A stretch of DNA of 55,233 nucleotides. Source: Candidatus Arcticimaribacter sp. (GTDB lineage: Bacteria; Bacteroidota; Bacteroidia; Flavobacteriales; Flavobacteriaceae). The stretch's first letter is position 1, and every line of letters starts with the position of its first letter. Of the stretch, positions 19,149 to 28,365 are shown in pieces. The notes beneath the pieces are model-generated. The model worked only from the letters and a program-made list of their open reading frames with translations. It did no database searches and was not told where the DNA came from. The DNA lies in the NCBI GenBank assembly GCA_011526285.1, contig WTJU01000021.1, forward strand, positions 1 to 55,233, given 5' to 3'. A program made the position numbers and the translations under genes.

Positions 19149-19861
19149 CTAGACAAAAGCTTTAAATAGCGTTTAACAACGGTTTCAAACCCTAGATAAA
19201 GAGACTCACTCATAAGCGCATGACCAATGGAAACTTCCAATAAATCTGGTATCTCTTGTGCGAAAAAAGCAATGTTCTCTAGGCTCAAGTCATGTCCTGC
19301 ATTAACGCCTAAACCAAGAGTGTTGGCTAGCTGGGCTGCCTCACGGTAAGGAGCTATTGCCTTGTCTTTATTAGAGGAAAATTGTTGGGCATAAGCTTCG
19401 GTGTATAATTCTATACGGTCAGTTCCTGTTGCAACAGCACCTTCAATCATTTTTAGGTCTGGATCAACAAATATTGAAGTGCGTATACCGGCAGCTTTAA
19501 ATTTATTTATTACTTCACTTAAAAAATTAACGTGGGTAATCGTATCCCATCCAGCATTTGAAGTAATGGCATCCTCAGCATCGGGAACTAAGGTAACTTG
19601 TGTTGGTCGAATGGATAACACGAGCGTTACAAATTCTGGTATTGGGTTACCTTCTATGTTGTATTCTGTTGTAACTACTGATGGAAGCTCGCGAGCATCG
19701 GCATATTTTATGTGCCGCTGGTCTGGGCGAGGATGTACCGTTATCCCTTGTGCGCCAAAAGCTTGTAAGTCTTTTGCCACCTGAAGTAAATCAGGCACAT
19801 TGCCCCCACGTGAATTACGCAAAGTGGCTACTTTATTTATATTTACACTTAGCTTGGTCAT
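19145..19861 (-). CDS. pdxJ: Pyridoxine 5'-phosphate synthase
   Basis: LSVNINKVATLRNSR, ITVHPRPDQRHI, NIEGNP, IELYTE, NAGHDL and EVSIGH. Start refined to the ATG at 19861. Confidence 0.96.
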   Translation of the reverse strand: MTKLSVNINKVATLRNSRGGNVPDLLQVAKDLQAFGAQGITVHPRPDQRHIKYADARELPSVVTTEYNIEGNPIPEFVTLVLSIRPTQVTLVPDAEDAITSNAGWDTITHVNFLSEVINKFKAAGIRTSIFVDPDLKMIEGAVATGTDRIELYTEAYAQQFSSNKDKAIAPYREAAQLANTLGLGVNAGHDLSLENIAFFAQEIPDLLEVSIGHALMSESLYLGFETVVKRYLKLLSR

Positions 19862-19875
19862 GGTAAATTTTTTAC

Positions 19876-19959
19876 CAAAAATACAAACTTCGCTCCCCCC
19901 AACGATCATTTACCACGAAAAGCTTTTTGTTTCTGCGCCAGTTTAATTTCGTAAGTTTG
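19876..19959. promoter_or_regulatory. Divergent -7 boxes for pdxJ (TATTTTTG, 19876-19883, minus strand) and nadK (TAAGTTTG, 19952-19959, plus strand)
   Basis: Both match TAnnTTTG and lie about 15 bp upstream of the refined start codons. Confidence 0.55.
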
Positions 19960-19974
19960 TACAAAACAGTACGC

Positions 19975-20847
19975 ATGCAAATTGCTGTCCTTTGTCCATT
20001 TATTAACCCCGTTTCATTGGGATACGCAGAAGGTGTTATTGAGCATTTAATGGGCTTGAAAATGAACATCTTGGTGGATCGTAATTTGTTCAAAGGTTTA
20101 CAAGAGTTTGCTGTAAAAGAACAACTCAAAGAATTTTCAACGCTAGATTCTTCTACCAACTATTTAATTTGCATTGGTGGTGATGGTTCAATGTTGCAAG
20201 CTGTTACGGTTGTAAAAGATAGCAATGTCCCTATTTTGGGTATCAATACTGGACGACTTGGATTTTTAACTAGTTTACAAAAAGAGTCATTAAACAAAGG
20301 GCTTCAGCTGCTTTGGGAAAAGAAATATCGTTTGGTTAAAAGAACGCTTTTGTCTGTAGATTTAGGCAAAGAACAAGAACTACTCGGGGATTTTCCTTAT
20401 GCTTTAAATGAAATTAGTGTTAGCCGAAAAGATACCGCTTCGCTCATTAGTGTTAACGCTAGTATAGACGGTAAAGCGCTAACAACTTACTGGGCCGACG
20501 GATTAATTGTAACCACACCAACAGGCTCTACTGGGTACAGTTTAAGTAGTGGCGGACCCATTGTTTTGCCAGAAACACCAAGCCTAGTAATGACGCCAAT
20601 TGCCCCGCATAACCTCAATATTCGTCCTTTGGTTCTACCAGACAGTACTGAAATTACCCTAAAAGTTGCCGGACGAGAAGATCAACACTTGCTTTCATTG
20701 GATTCACGCTTGGTGACTCTTCCGCACAACAGTCCAATAAAAATCTGTAAAGCACCTTTTACTGTCTCTACTGTCGAATTCAATGATACCGCTTTCTACA
20801 GCACATTACGTGAGAAGTTATATTGGGGTCTCGACAAAAGAAACTAA
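19975..20847 (+). CDS. nadK: NAD kinase
   Basis: IGGDG, GINTGRLGFL, ALNE, ADGLIVTTPTGSTGYSLSSGGP and PIAPHNL. Confidence 0.95.
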   Translation: MQIAVLCPFINPVSLGYAEGVIEHLMGLKMNILVDRNLFKGLQEFAVKEQLKEFSTLDSSTNYLICIGGDGSMLQAVTVVKDSNVPILGINTGRLGFLTSLQKESLNKGLQLLWEKKYRLVKRTLLSVDLGKEQELLGDFPYALNEISVSRKDTASLISVNASIDGKALTTYWADGLIVTTPTGSTGYSLSSGGPIVLPETPSLVMTPIAPHNLNIRPLVLPDSTEITLKVAGREDQHLLSLDSRLVTLPHNSPIKICKAPFTVSTVEFNDTAFYSTLREKLYWGLDKRN

Positions 20848-20928
20848 ACAATATTTTCACTTAAAATCAGTTTAGAATAATAGTAATGTTCAAGCAAAAG
20901 CTTGCCCATTTTTGCACCCTAAACTGAA

Positions 20929-21639
20929 ATGAAAAGGATTGGCTTATTTATTGTTTTTTTATGGGTAATGTTCCCTGCTAATGCACAAATCCATGAACTT
21001 GGATTTTTTGCTGGGGGAAGCAATACTATTGCTGATATTGGTCCAACAAATTTTATTTATGCCAACTCGCCTGTATTTGGGTTAATCTATAAATGGAATA
21101 TTACTACCCGCTATGCAATTCGCGGTAGTTTTATGCGCTCAACATTAAAAAACAACGATGTCTATTCCTCAGACCTTAGCCGATTTCGTCGTTTTTTGAA
21201 CGTGGAAAATACAATCAATGAGTTTTCTTTAGGCTTCGAGGTGAATTTCTTTGATTTCAATCTTCATAACGACGACAAAGAATTTAGCCCTTATTTTTTC
21301 TCTGGCATTAATTACTTTAGTTATGATCTTCTTCACGTACCACTAACCCCTGGAGATGATGTGATTCAAAAATACGACGGTGCCATGGAAATCTCTATTC
21401 CAGCAGTAGTAGGTATAAAAGCAAGCATATCGCCTTTATTTGTGCTTAGTCTGGAAACGGGCATTCGGTACGCTTTAACTGATAATCTTGATGGTAGTAA
21501 CCCCATTACAGGTCAATTTCAAAATGATCCGTTAGCAAAACACGGCTCTAAATACAATAAAGACTGGTATGTCTTTACTGGCATCTCATTTAGTTATACC
21601 TTTGGCCAAATTCCGTGTTACTGTAAAGAAAAGAAATGA
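20929..21639 (+). CDS. porG: Type IX secretion system outer-membrane beta-barrel PorG (DUF6089 family)
   Basis: Signal peptide (ANA-QIHELG), alternating beta strands, TDNLDGS, DWYVFTG and C-terminal PCYC; sits in the nadK-X-uppS-bamA position characteristic of porG. Confidence 0.75.
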   Translation: MKRIGLFIVFLWVMFPANAQIHELGFFAGGSNTIADIGPTNFIYANSPVFGLIYKWNITTRYAIRGSFMRSTLKNNDVYSSDLSRFRRFLNVENTINEFSLGFEVNFFDFNLHNDDKEFSPYFFSGINYFSYDLLHVPLTPGDDVIQKYDGAMEISIPAVVGIKASISPLFVLSLETGIRYALTDNLDGSNPITGQFQNDPLAKHGSKYNKDWYVFTGISFSYTFGQIPCYCKEKK

Positions 21640-22367
21640 TTGACCAAAGTAATTTACCGAAACACATAGCCATTATAATGGATGGAAACGGGCGATGGGC
21701 GCAATCACAGGGCAAAAATCGTCTTTTCGGCCATCGCAATGGTACAGAAGCTGTGCACAAAGTAGTAGAAGCGGCTGCTAAAATGCAAATTGAACACCTT
21801 ACGCTTTATGCTTTTTCAACCGAAAACTGGAATCGACCTAAACTTGAAGTAAGCACATTAATGGACCTGTTGATCAAAGCCCTACGCAGGGAATTGAATA
21901 AAATGATCAAGAACAATATACAACTTCGAAGTATTGGCGATATCAGTAAGCTTCCTGCAGAAGTTGAGAAAGAATTGCAAGAAACAATTCACAAGACAAG
22001 TCATAATACTGGAATGATACTCACCTTGGCATTGAACTATGGTGCTAGGCAAGAGTTAACGCAAGCAGTTCAACAAATTGCGGCCAAAGTTAAAAATAAT
22101 ATAATTTCGCTCGAAAATGTTGACGAAACCATTATTAATGAGCATCTTTACACGCAAAATTTACCTGCCGTGGATTTATTAATCCGCACCAGCGGGGAAC
22201 AACGAATAAGTAACTTTTTACTGTGGCAAATTGCCTACGCCGAATTGTATTTTTCTGAGGTCTTTTGGCCCGATTTTAATGAAAGACATTTTGAAGACGC
22301 AATTATTAGCTACCAAAAACGAGAACGTAGATTTGGAAAAACAAGCGAACAACTCACTCACTCATAA
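21636..22367 (+). CDS. uppS: Undecaprenyl diphosphate synthase (isoprenyl transferase)
   Basis: HIAIIMDGNGRWA, YAFSTENWNRP, DLLIRTSGEQRISNFLLWQ and RERRFG. Confidence 0.97.
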   Translation: MIDQSNLPKHIAIIMDGNGRWAQSQGKNRLFGHRNGTEAVHKVVEAAAKMQIEHLTLYAFSTENWNRPKLEVSTLMDLLIKALRRELNKMIKNNIQLRSIGDISKLPAEVEKELQETIHKTSHNTGMILTLALNYGARQELTQAVQQIAAKVKNNIISLENVDETIINEHLYTQNLPAVDLLIRTSGEQRISNFLLWQIAYAELYFSEVFWPDFNERHFEDAIISYQKRERRFGKTSEQLTHS

Positions 22368-24918
22368 CCTTCTCCGTACTTTTATTTTCTCTTGCCTTTT
22401 TGTGTTAGTACTTCTAGGTGGACAACGTTCTTATGCGCAAGAATCTACATTTGTTTCTGGAAAAGAGTACACCCTAGACTCTATTCAAGTTGTTGGACTG
22501 AAAAGCTTTAATGAAAAAACGGTTATATCTTATAGTGGCCTAAGACGCGGACAAAAGGTTCGTCTCCCCGGAGATCAAATCAGCTCTGTGATTAATAAAT
22601 TGTGGAACCTCGATTTATTTTCTGACATCAATTTCTACGCTATTAACATCAAAGAAAATAGCCTAACACTACAAATTGAAATCGAAGAGTTACCTACCCT
22701 AAACGACGTGAAAGTTTTTGGTCTTAAAAAAGGGAAAACTCAAACGATTATTACCGAAACAGAATTAGAGAAGGGGAAAAAGCTTTCTGAAAGCTTTTTA
22801 ACGAACACTAAAAACTACATCACCAATAAGTTTAAAAAAGAAGGATTTCTCAATACAAAAGTTACCTTAAACACCGTTCCAGACTCTACCAATGTCAACC
22901 TTTACAACATGGTTGTTCGTGTTGACCGCGGGGAACGCGTAAAGATTAAAGACATCGTATTTAACGGAAATGAGGTTTTTAAAGACAAAAAATTAGCCAG
23001 TAAACTTAAAAATACCAAAAAAAGGGCCTTTTATCGATTTTGGAAATCATCGAAATACATCCCCGATGATTTTGAAGAAGACAAAGAAGGCTTAATTGAT
23101 TATTTTAAAGAAAAAGGCTACAGAGATGCTCGAATTTTAAGAGATACAGTTATAATTCACGAGGACAATACATTAACCCTTGAGTTTGATGTGGAAGAAG
23201 GGAATCGATACTTTTTTGGTAACATAGACTTTTTAGGAAATGCCGCATATACAGACTATCAATTATCTACAGTACTCGGGATAAAAAAAGGGGAACCTTA
23301 TAACGGTGTTTTACTTAAAAAACGAATAGCCGATGACACTAAACCTGATGGTGAAGACATTACCAATCTATACCAAAACAGTGGTTACTTGTTTTCTAAC
23401 ATCAACGCAGTAGAGGTTAGCGCTATAAATGACACCATCAATTTTGAGATTAGAATTACCGAAGGGAAATTGGCTTCCTTCAATAAAATTACCGTAGTTG
23501 GAAATGACAAGACCAATGATCATGTAATTTTCCGTGAGCTTCGCACAAAACCAGGTGAACTTTACAGCAAAGATAAAGTTGTTCGAACAGTACGTGAGCT
23601 TGGGCAATTAGGATTTTTTGATGCAGAACAAATTTCACCTGACTTTAAAAATGTAGATCCCAATGCTGGAACTGTAGATATTGAATTTGGTCTACAGGAA
23701 GCTGGTGCTTCCCAAATTGAACTGCAAGGAGGTTATGGTGGTGGAGGCTTCATAGGAACACTGGGGCTCTCTTTCAATAACTTCTCCATGCGTAATATTT
23801 TTGACAAGGCCTCTTATCGTCCTGTGCCCTCTGGAGACGGTCAAAAATTAAGCTTACGTTTGCAAGCCAGTCAGTTTTTTAACACCTATAGCTTTACGTT
23901 TGCAGAGCCTTGGTTAGGCGGTAGACAACCCGTTCAATTCTCTACTTCACTATCAAAAACCAACCAGTTCCGTTACGATTTCTTTACTGGAAGGGCTGAC
24001 AAATCTCAATCTTTTGAAATTAGTAGTATTTCAATTGGTCTAGCACGTCGTTTACGCGTGCCAGACGATTATTTTACACTTTCGCAGTCCTTGAGTTTTC
24101 AGTACTATAACCTTAAAAATTACTTCACGGGTCTCTTTACTTTTGGAGACGGTGTCTCTAATAACATAGCATACACCGTTGCACTTTCCCGAAATAACAC
24201 CTACACCAACCCTATCTTCCCTTTGGGAGGATCTAATTTCTTAATCAGTGCAAAATTTACACCTCCCTACTCTTTATTCAAAGAAGTAGACTTCTCGAAT
24301 CTTGAAAATGATCCTGATTTTCAGACATTAAATGCAGATGGAGAAACGGTACCCGACCAAGGCAAAATTGATCAAGAAAAATTCCGCTTTTTAGAATACT
24401 ACAAGGTTAAGTTTTCTGGAACTTGGTACACTAGAATCATTGATAAATTAGTCCTGAAAACACAAACTGACTTCGGTTTCTTAGGGGCTTATAATCCGAA
24501 AAGAGGTGATATCCCTTTTGAACGTTTCTACATTGGTGGGGATGGTATGGCAAATAACTTTGCACTTGATGGGCGCGAAGTAGTTGCGCTACGCGGATAT
24601 CCAAATCAATCATTATCAAGCCAAGACGGTTCAACATTGTATAACAAGTTCACTTTAGAATTACGTTATCCTATTACCCTAAAACCAACAGCATCAATCT
24701 ATGCGCTTAGCTTTTTAGAATCTGGACGTGGCTATGAAGGATTTAATGACTTTAATCCCTTTAATGCAAACCGATCAGCTGGAGCAGGTATACGTATTTT
24801 CATGCCCGCGTTTGGTTTATTAGGGATTGACTTTGGTTACGGATTTGACAGTATAAACCAAGCGCAACAAACGCCTAACGGTTGGGAAACACATTTCATC
24901 ATCGGGCAACAATTTTAG
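22333..24918 (+). CDS. bamA: Outer membrane protein assembly factor BamA
   Basis: POTRA repeats, RFYIGG, LRGY loop-6 motif and C-terminal HFIIGQQF. The start is uncertain; TTG 22333 places the hydrophobic signal peptide near the N-terminus. Confidence 0.93.
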   Translation: MEKQANNSLTHNLLRTFIFSCLFVLVLLGGQRSYAQESTFVSGKEYTLDSIQVVGLKSFNEKTVISYSGLRRGQKVRLPGDQISSVINKLWNLDLFSDINFYAINIKENSLTLQIEIEELPTLNDVKVFGLKKGKTQTIITETELEKGKKLSESFLTNTKNYITNKFKKEGFLNTKVTLNTVPDSTNVNLYNMVVRVDRGERVKIKDIVFNGNEVFKDKKLASKLKNTKKRAFYRFWKSSKYIPDDFEEDKEGLIDYFKEKGYRDARILRDTVIIHEDNTLTLEFDVEEGNRYFFGNIDFLGNAAYTDYQLSTVLGIKKGEPYNGVLLKKRIADDTKPDGEDITNLYQNSGYLFSNINAVEVSAINDTINFEIRITEGKLASFNKITVVGNDKTNDHVIFRELRTKPGELYSKDKVVRTVRELGQLGFFDAEQISPDFKNVDPNAGTVDIEFGLQEAGASQIELQGGYGGGGFIGTLGLSFNNFSMRNIFDKASYRPVPSGDGQKLSLRLQASQFFNTYSFTFAEPWLGGRQPVQFSTSLSKTNQFRYDFFTGRADKSQSFEISSISIGLARRLRVPDDYFTLSQSLSFQYYNLKNYFTGLFTFGDGVSNNIAYTVALSRNNTYTNPIFPLGGSNFLISAKFTPPYSLFKEVDFSNLENDPDFQTLNADGETVPDQGKIDQEKFRFLEYYKVKFSGTWYTRIIDKLVLKTQTDFGFLGAYNPKRGDIPFERFYIGGDGMANNFALDGREVVALRGYPNQSLSSQDGSTLYNKFTLELRYPITLKPTASIYALSFLESGRGYEGFNDFNPFNANRSAGAGIRIFMPAFGLLGIDFGYGFDSINQAQQTPNGWETHFIIGQQF

Positions 24919-24926
24919 TATATTTG
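24919..24926 (+). promoter_or_regulatory. -7 box (TATATTTG) for the ompH genes
   Basis: TAnnTTTG match immediately after the bamA stop, 15 bp before the ATG at 24942. Confidence 0.5.
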
Positions 24927-24941
24927 TCTAAAGCATTCATT

Positions 24942-25535
24942 ATGAAGAACTACCGCCCCTTACTTATGATTTTAATTTGTGTACTTTCTCAATTTGTTTC
25001 AGCACAAAGAGGAGTCCGCTTAGCTTACATTGACATGGATGAGATTTTAGAAAATGTTGATGAATATGCTACTGCAAGTCAACTTTTAGAACAGAATGTT
25101 GAAGAATGGAAAAAGGAAATTGAGGTCAAAAAAATGGAATTGAAAGGACGTGAAGAACAACTTCAGGCCGAGAAAGTATTACTGACACCAGAACTTATTG
25201 AAGACCGACAAACAGAACTTGACATTTTCAGAAAGGAAGTTGTGGATTTACAACGTAAATTTTTTGGCCCAAATGGTCAATACATCAACCAAAAAAACAA
25301 ATTATTGAAGCCAATTCAGGATCAGGTGCTCTCTATTGTACGCCAAATTGCGCAAGAACGTAAATACGATTTTGTATTTGACCGTTCATCTGACTTAGTT
25401 ATGCTGTATTCTTCAAAAAATTACGATATTAGCAGCCTAGTTTTACAACGCATCAATACTCAAAAGCGACTTAATGCCCGCAAAAAGGAATTGGAAGAAC
25501 GTAAAGCTGCACTAGAAAAACGAAAAAATAATTAA
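24942..25535 (+). CDS. OmpH/Skp family periplasmic chaperone (paralog 1)
   Basis: Signal peptide, LAYIDM, long helices, PIQDQV..YDFVFD and YDIS. Confidence 0.88.
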   Translation: MKNYRPLLMILICVLSQFVSAQRGVRLAYIDMDEILENVDEYATASQLLEQNVEEWKKEIEVKKMELKGREEQLQAEKVLLTPELIEDRQTELDIFRKEVVDLQRKFFGPNGQYINQKNKLLKPIQDQVLSIVRQIAQERKYDFVFDRSSDLVMLYSSKNYDISSLVLQRINTQKRLNARKKELEERKAALEKRKNN

Positions 25536-25558
25536 ACTTATTCTTTAAATAAATACGA

Positions 25559-26065
25559 ATGAAAAACCTAAAATCACTTTTTGTTGCCTTACTAATGGCA
25601 CTTCCCATGACCTTTACTTATGCGCAATCAAAAGTTGCACATATTGACACCCAAAAGCTAATTGGTGAGATGCCAGAGGTAATTGCTGCACAAAAACAAT
25701 TAGAGCAGTTAGAAAAGACTTATACGTCTGAGATTGAAAACACCTATAAAGAGTTTCAAACCAAAGCTCAGTCATACTCTGCAGATGCTGCTAACCAAAC
25801 TGACGTTACTAACCAAGCACGTCAGAAAGAATTAGAAACAATGCAGCAAAACATCAACCAATACCGTGAAACTGCTGCACAAGACTTGCAGAAAAAGCAA
25901 GTTGAAATGATGCGTCCGTTATACGACAAAGCACGCGCTGCTATTGAAAAAGTTGCAGCGGCACAAGGTTTTGATTATGTGCTTGATGCTTCTGCTGGAG
26001 GGAGTGTAATCATGGCCAAAGGGAAAGACCTTATGGCAGATGTTAAAGCAGAATTAGGTTTCTAA
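25559..26065 (+). CDS. OmpH/Skp family periplasmic chaperone (paralog 2)
   Basis: Signal peptide, KVAHID..L...MPE, P.YDKA..AI..VA...GFDYVLD and DLMADVKAELGF. Confidence 0.9.
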   Translation: MKNLKSLFVALLMALPMTFTYAQSKVAHIDTQKLIGEMPEVIAAQKQLEQLEKTYTSEIENTYKEFQTKAQSYSADAANQTDVTNQARQKELETMQQNINQYRETAAQDLQKKQVEMMRPLYDKARAAIEKVAAAQGFDYVLDASAGGSVIMAKGKDLMADVKAELGF

Positions 26066-26087
26066 AAACCTCACACTAAACATACTT

Positions 26088-26117
26088 AAGCCACTTTAAT
26101 AAAAGTGGCTTTTTTTT
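26088..26117 (+). terminator. Intrinsic terminator after the second ompH
   Basis: AAGCCACTTT-AATA-AAAGTGGCTT stem followed by a T run. Confidence 0.8.
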
Positions 26118-26121
26118 GCTC

Positions 26122-26883
26122 ATGAAACAACGAATTGGATTTTTTGATTCTGGTGTTGGGGGTCTAAGTTTACTGCCAGCTGTTCAAAATAGCTTACCAC
26201 ATGAAGACATCATCTATATTGCGGATCATGGATTTTTCCCTTACGGCGAGAAATCTAAAGAAGCCATGTTGAATCGAGCCAAACTACTTACAGAAGCCTT
26301 AATTGAACAGCAATGTAAATTAATTGTGGTTGCTTGTAATACTGTAACAACCCAAGTGATAGACATTCTCCGTGAGCAATATAATCTTCCTTTTATTGGA
26401 ATTGAACCTGCCATTAAACCCGCCGCATTAAAAACTAAAACAGGGGTAGTTGGTGTTTTAGCCACAAAAGGCACCCTTAAAAGCGAACGCTATCACCAAA
26501 GCAGTTTACACCATACAACAGGCATACGCATTGTAGAACAAATTGGGGAAGGCTTGGTGAATATAGTTGAAGAAAATGCTGTAGAAGATGAAGCAACCCT
26601 TGCATTACTTTCTAAGCTGGTAATGCCCATGGTGAGCGAAAATATAGATACCCTTGTTCTTGGATGTACACATTATCCATTTTTAACTCCTTCTCTAAAA
26701 AAAGTTCTTCCTGAATCCGTTGAAATCTTAGATAACAGTAACGCAGTTGCCCAGCAAATTGAAAAGGTTTTGAAAAAGGAGGAATTATTGAGTCTAGATA
26801 AAAGCGCTGGAGAAACGCAGTACTTCACCACGGGCGATACGTTGTCATGGAAGAATATAACCTTTACTCCCCTTCCGCTTTAA
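26122..26883 (+). CDS. murI: Glutamate racemase
   Basis: FDSGVGGLS, PYGEK, VVACNT and LVLGCTHYP; both catalytic Cys are present. Confidence 0.96.
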   Translation: MKQRIGFFDSGVGGLSLLPAVQNSLPHEDIIYIADHGFFPYGEKSKEAMLNRAKLLTEALIEQQCKLIVVACNTVTTQVIDILREQYNLPFIGIEPAIKPAALKTKTGVVGVLATKGTLKSERYHQSSLHHTTGIRIVEQIGEGLVNIVEENAVEDEATLALLSKLVMPMVSENIDTLVLGCTHYPFLTPSLKKVLPESVEILDNSNAVAQQIEKVLKKEELLSLDKSAGETQYFTTGDTLSWKNITFTPLPL

Positions 26884-27385
26884 ACCAACTGGAATAGAGT
26901 AGGTAATTTTTAGCAATACGTTCTACTTCACCTTTTTGGAGTGCTGGATCGATATCTTTAATTTTTCGAGCGGGTATCCCTGCGTAAATGGCACCCTCCT
27001 CAACAACAGTATTTTGAGTTACAACACTCCCAGCCGCAACAATACTATTGGAATGTATTACACAATTATCCATCACTATACTCCCCATACCTATTAGAAC
27101 ACGATCATGAAGAGTACACCCATGAACAATTGCATTATGGCCAATAGACACATCATCTCCAATAACAGTCCCTGCTTTTTTATAGGTCGCATGAATTACA
27201 GCTCCATCTTGAATATTTACTCTATTCCCTATACGAATATGATGAACATCACCCCGCAAAACAGCCTGATACCAAACCGAACATTCATCGCCTAGAATAA
27301 GGTCACCTATAAGGGTTGCATTTTCTGCAAAAAAGCAATCTTTCCCCCATTTTGGAGTAAATCCACGAACAGATTTTACAAGCAT
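26864..27385 (-). CDS. Gamma carbonic anhydrase family (hexapeptide repeat) protein
   Basis: VLRGDV, NIQDG, three His ligands (VIHAT, IGHNAIVHGC) and YAGIPAR. Confidence 0.92.
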   Translation of the reverse strand: MLVKSVRGFTPKWGKDCFFAENATLIGDLILGDECSVWYQAVLRGDVHHIRIGNRVNIQDGAVIHATYKKAGTVIGDDVSIGHNAIVHGCTLHDRVLIGMGSIVMDNCVIHSNSIVAAGSVVTQNTVVEEGAIYAGIPARKIKDIDPALQKGEVERIAKNYLLYSSWFKAEGE

Positions 27386-27471
27386 AGCATAAGTTTAACC
27401 GTAAGGTAAAATGATTTTTATTCAAAGCACGACAAAAATGGACTTTTCCTTAATTTTACAAAAAAAAACAG

Positions 27472-28365
27472 ATGAGCCATTTTATAGTTACACCTTACAT
27501 CAAAGAAGATAATAAATACGCTTTATTTTCGGTTAACAGTTCTTTTGGCATTGAAGAGGAAAAGCAATTTCGCTCTGTTGAAGAAGCCAAAGATTTCCCT
27601 TTGGTACAACAGATGTTTTATTTACCCTTTGTGCAATCGGTACGCCTTCAAGACAATGCCCTAGAAATTGAGCGCTTTGATATTTTAGCCTGGCCAGATG
27701 TAATTAATGAAGTGGCACAGGAAATTGAAAAATACTTGAATAACGGTGGGAAAGTAAAGGCAGAAGTTGCGCCAAAAGAAGTACCGGTTACTGTATATGC
27801 TGAAAGTACACCCAACCCCAACGTAATGAAGTTTGTCGCAAATAAAATGTTGGTAGAGAATACGTTTGAATATAAAGATGAAGCTTCTACAACCAACGCT
27901 CCTATTGCTAAAGCTTTATTTGAATTTGAATTTGTTCAAGAAGTTTTTATAGACGCCAACTACATTTCCATCAATAAAAATGAAAAAGTAAGCTGGGAAG
28001 AGGTAGTGATGGAAATTCGAGAATTTATTCGTGCCTACATAGCATCGGGTAAAACGGTTGTATCATCAGAAGAAGCAGCACAAAATGCATTTGCTTCTAG
28101 TTCAACTCCCATTGAAGATTTAGATGAAACCTCGCAAGAAATCGTAAAAATCATTGAAGATTATATTAAGCCTGCTGTTGCATCAGACGGCGGAAATATT
28201 CTTTTTGATGCCTATAACGCAGAAGACAAGTCGGTGCAAGTGGTCTTGCAAGGGGCGTGTAGCGGATGTCCTTCTTCTACTTTTACTTTAAAAAATGGAA
28301 TTGAAACCATGTTAAAGGAGATGCTCCCTGGAAAAGTTGCTACAGTCACTGCTCTCAATGGCTAA
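27472..28365 (+). CDS. NifU/Nfu-type Fe-S cluster carrier with two Nfu N-terminal domains
   Basis: ESTPNPNVMKF, IKPAVASDGG and LQGACSGCPSSTFTLKNGIE. Confidence 0.92.
   Translation: MSHFIVTPYIKEDNKYALFSVNSSFGIEEEKQFRSVEEAKDFPLVQQMFYLPFVQSVRLQDNALEIERFDILAWPDVINEVAQEIEKYLNNGGKVKAEVAPKEVPVTVYAESTPNPNVMKFVANKMLVENTFEYKDEASTTNAPIAKALFEFEFVQEVFIDANYISINKNEKVSWEEVVMEIREFIRAYIASGKTVVSSEEAAQNAFASSSTPIEDLDETSQEIVKIIEDYIKPAVASDGGNILFDAYNAEDKSVQVVLQGACSGCPSSTFTLKNGIETMLKEMLPGKVATVTALNG

Noticed and set aside
20170-20200. NAD kinase motif GGDGS instead of GGDGT
   Set aside because: The fifth position varies among active NAD kinases, and all other motifs are intact.
22231-22332. Long apparent overlap of bamA with uppS
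   Set aside because: Most likely an artefact of longest-ORF calling; a start at TTG 22333 gives a normal signal peptide position.
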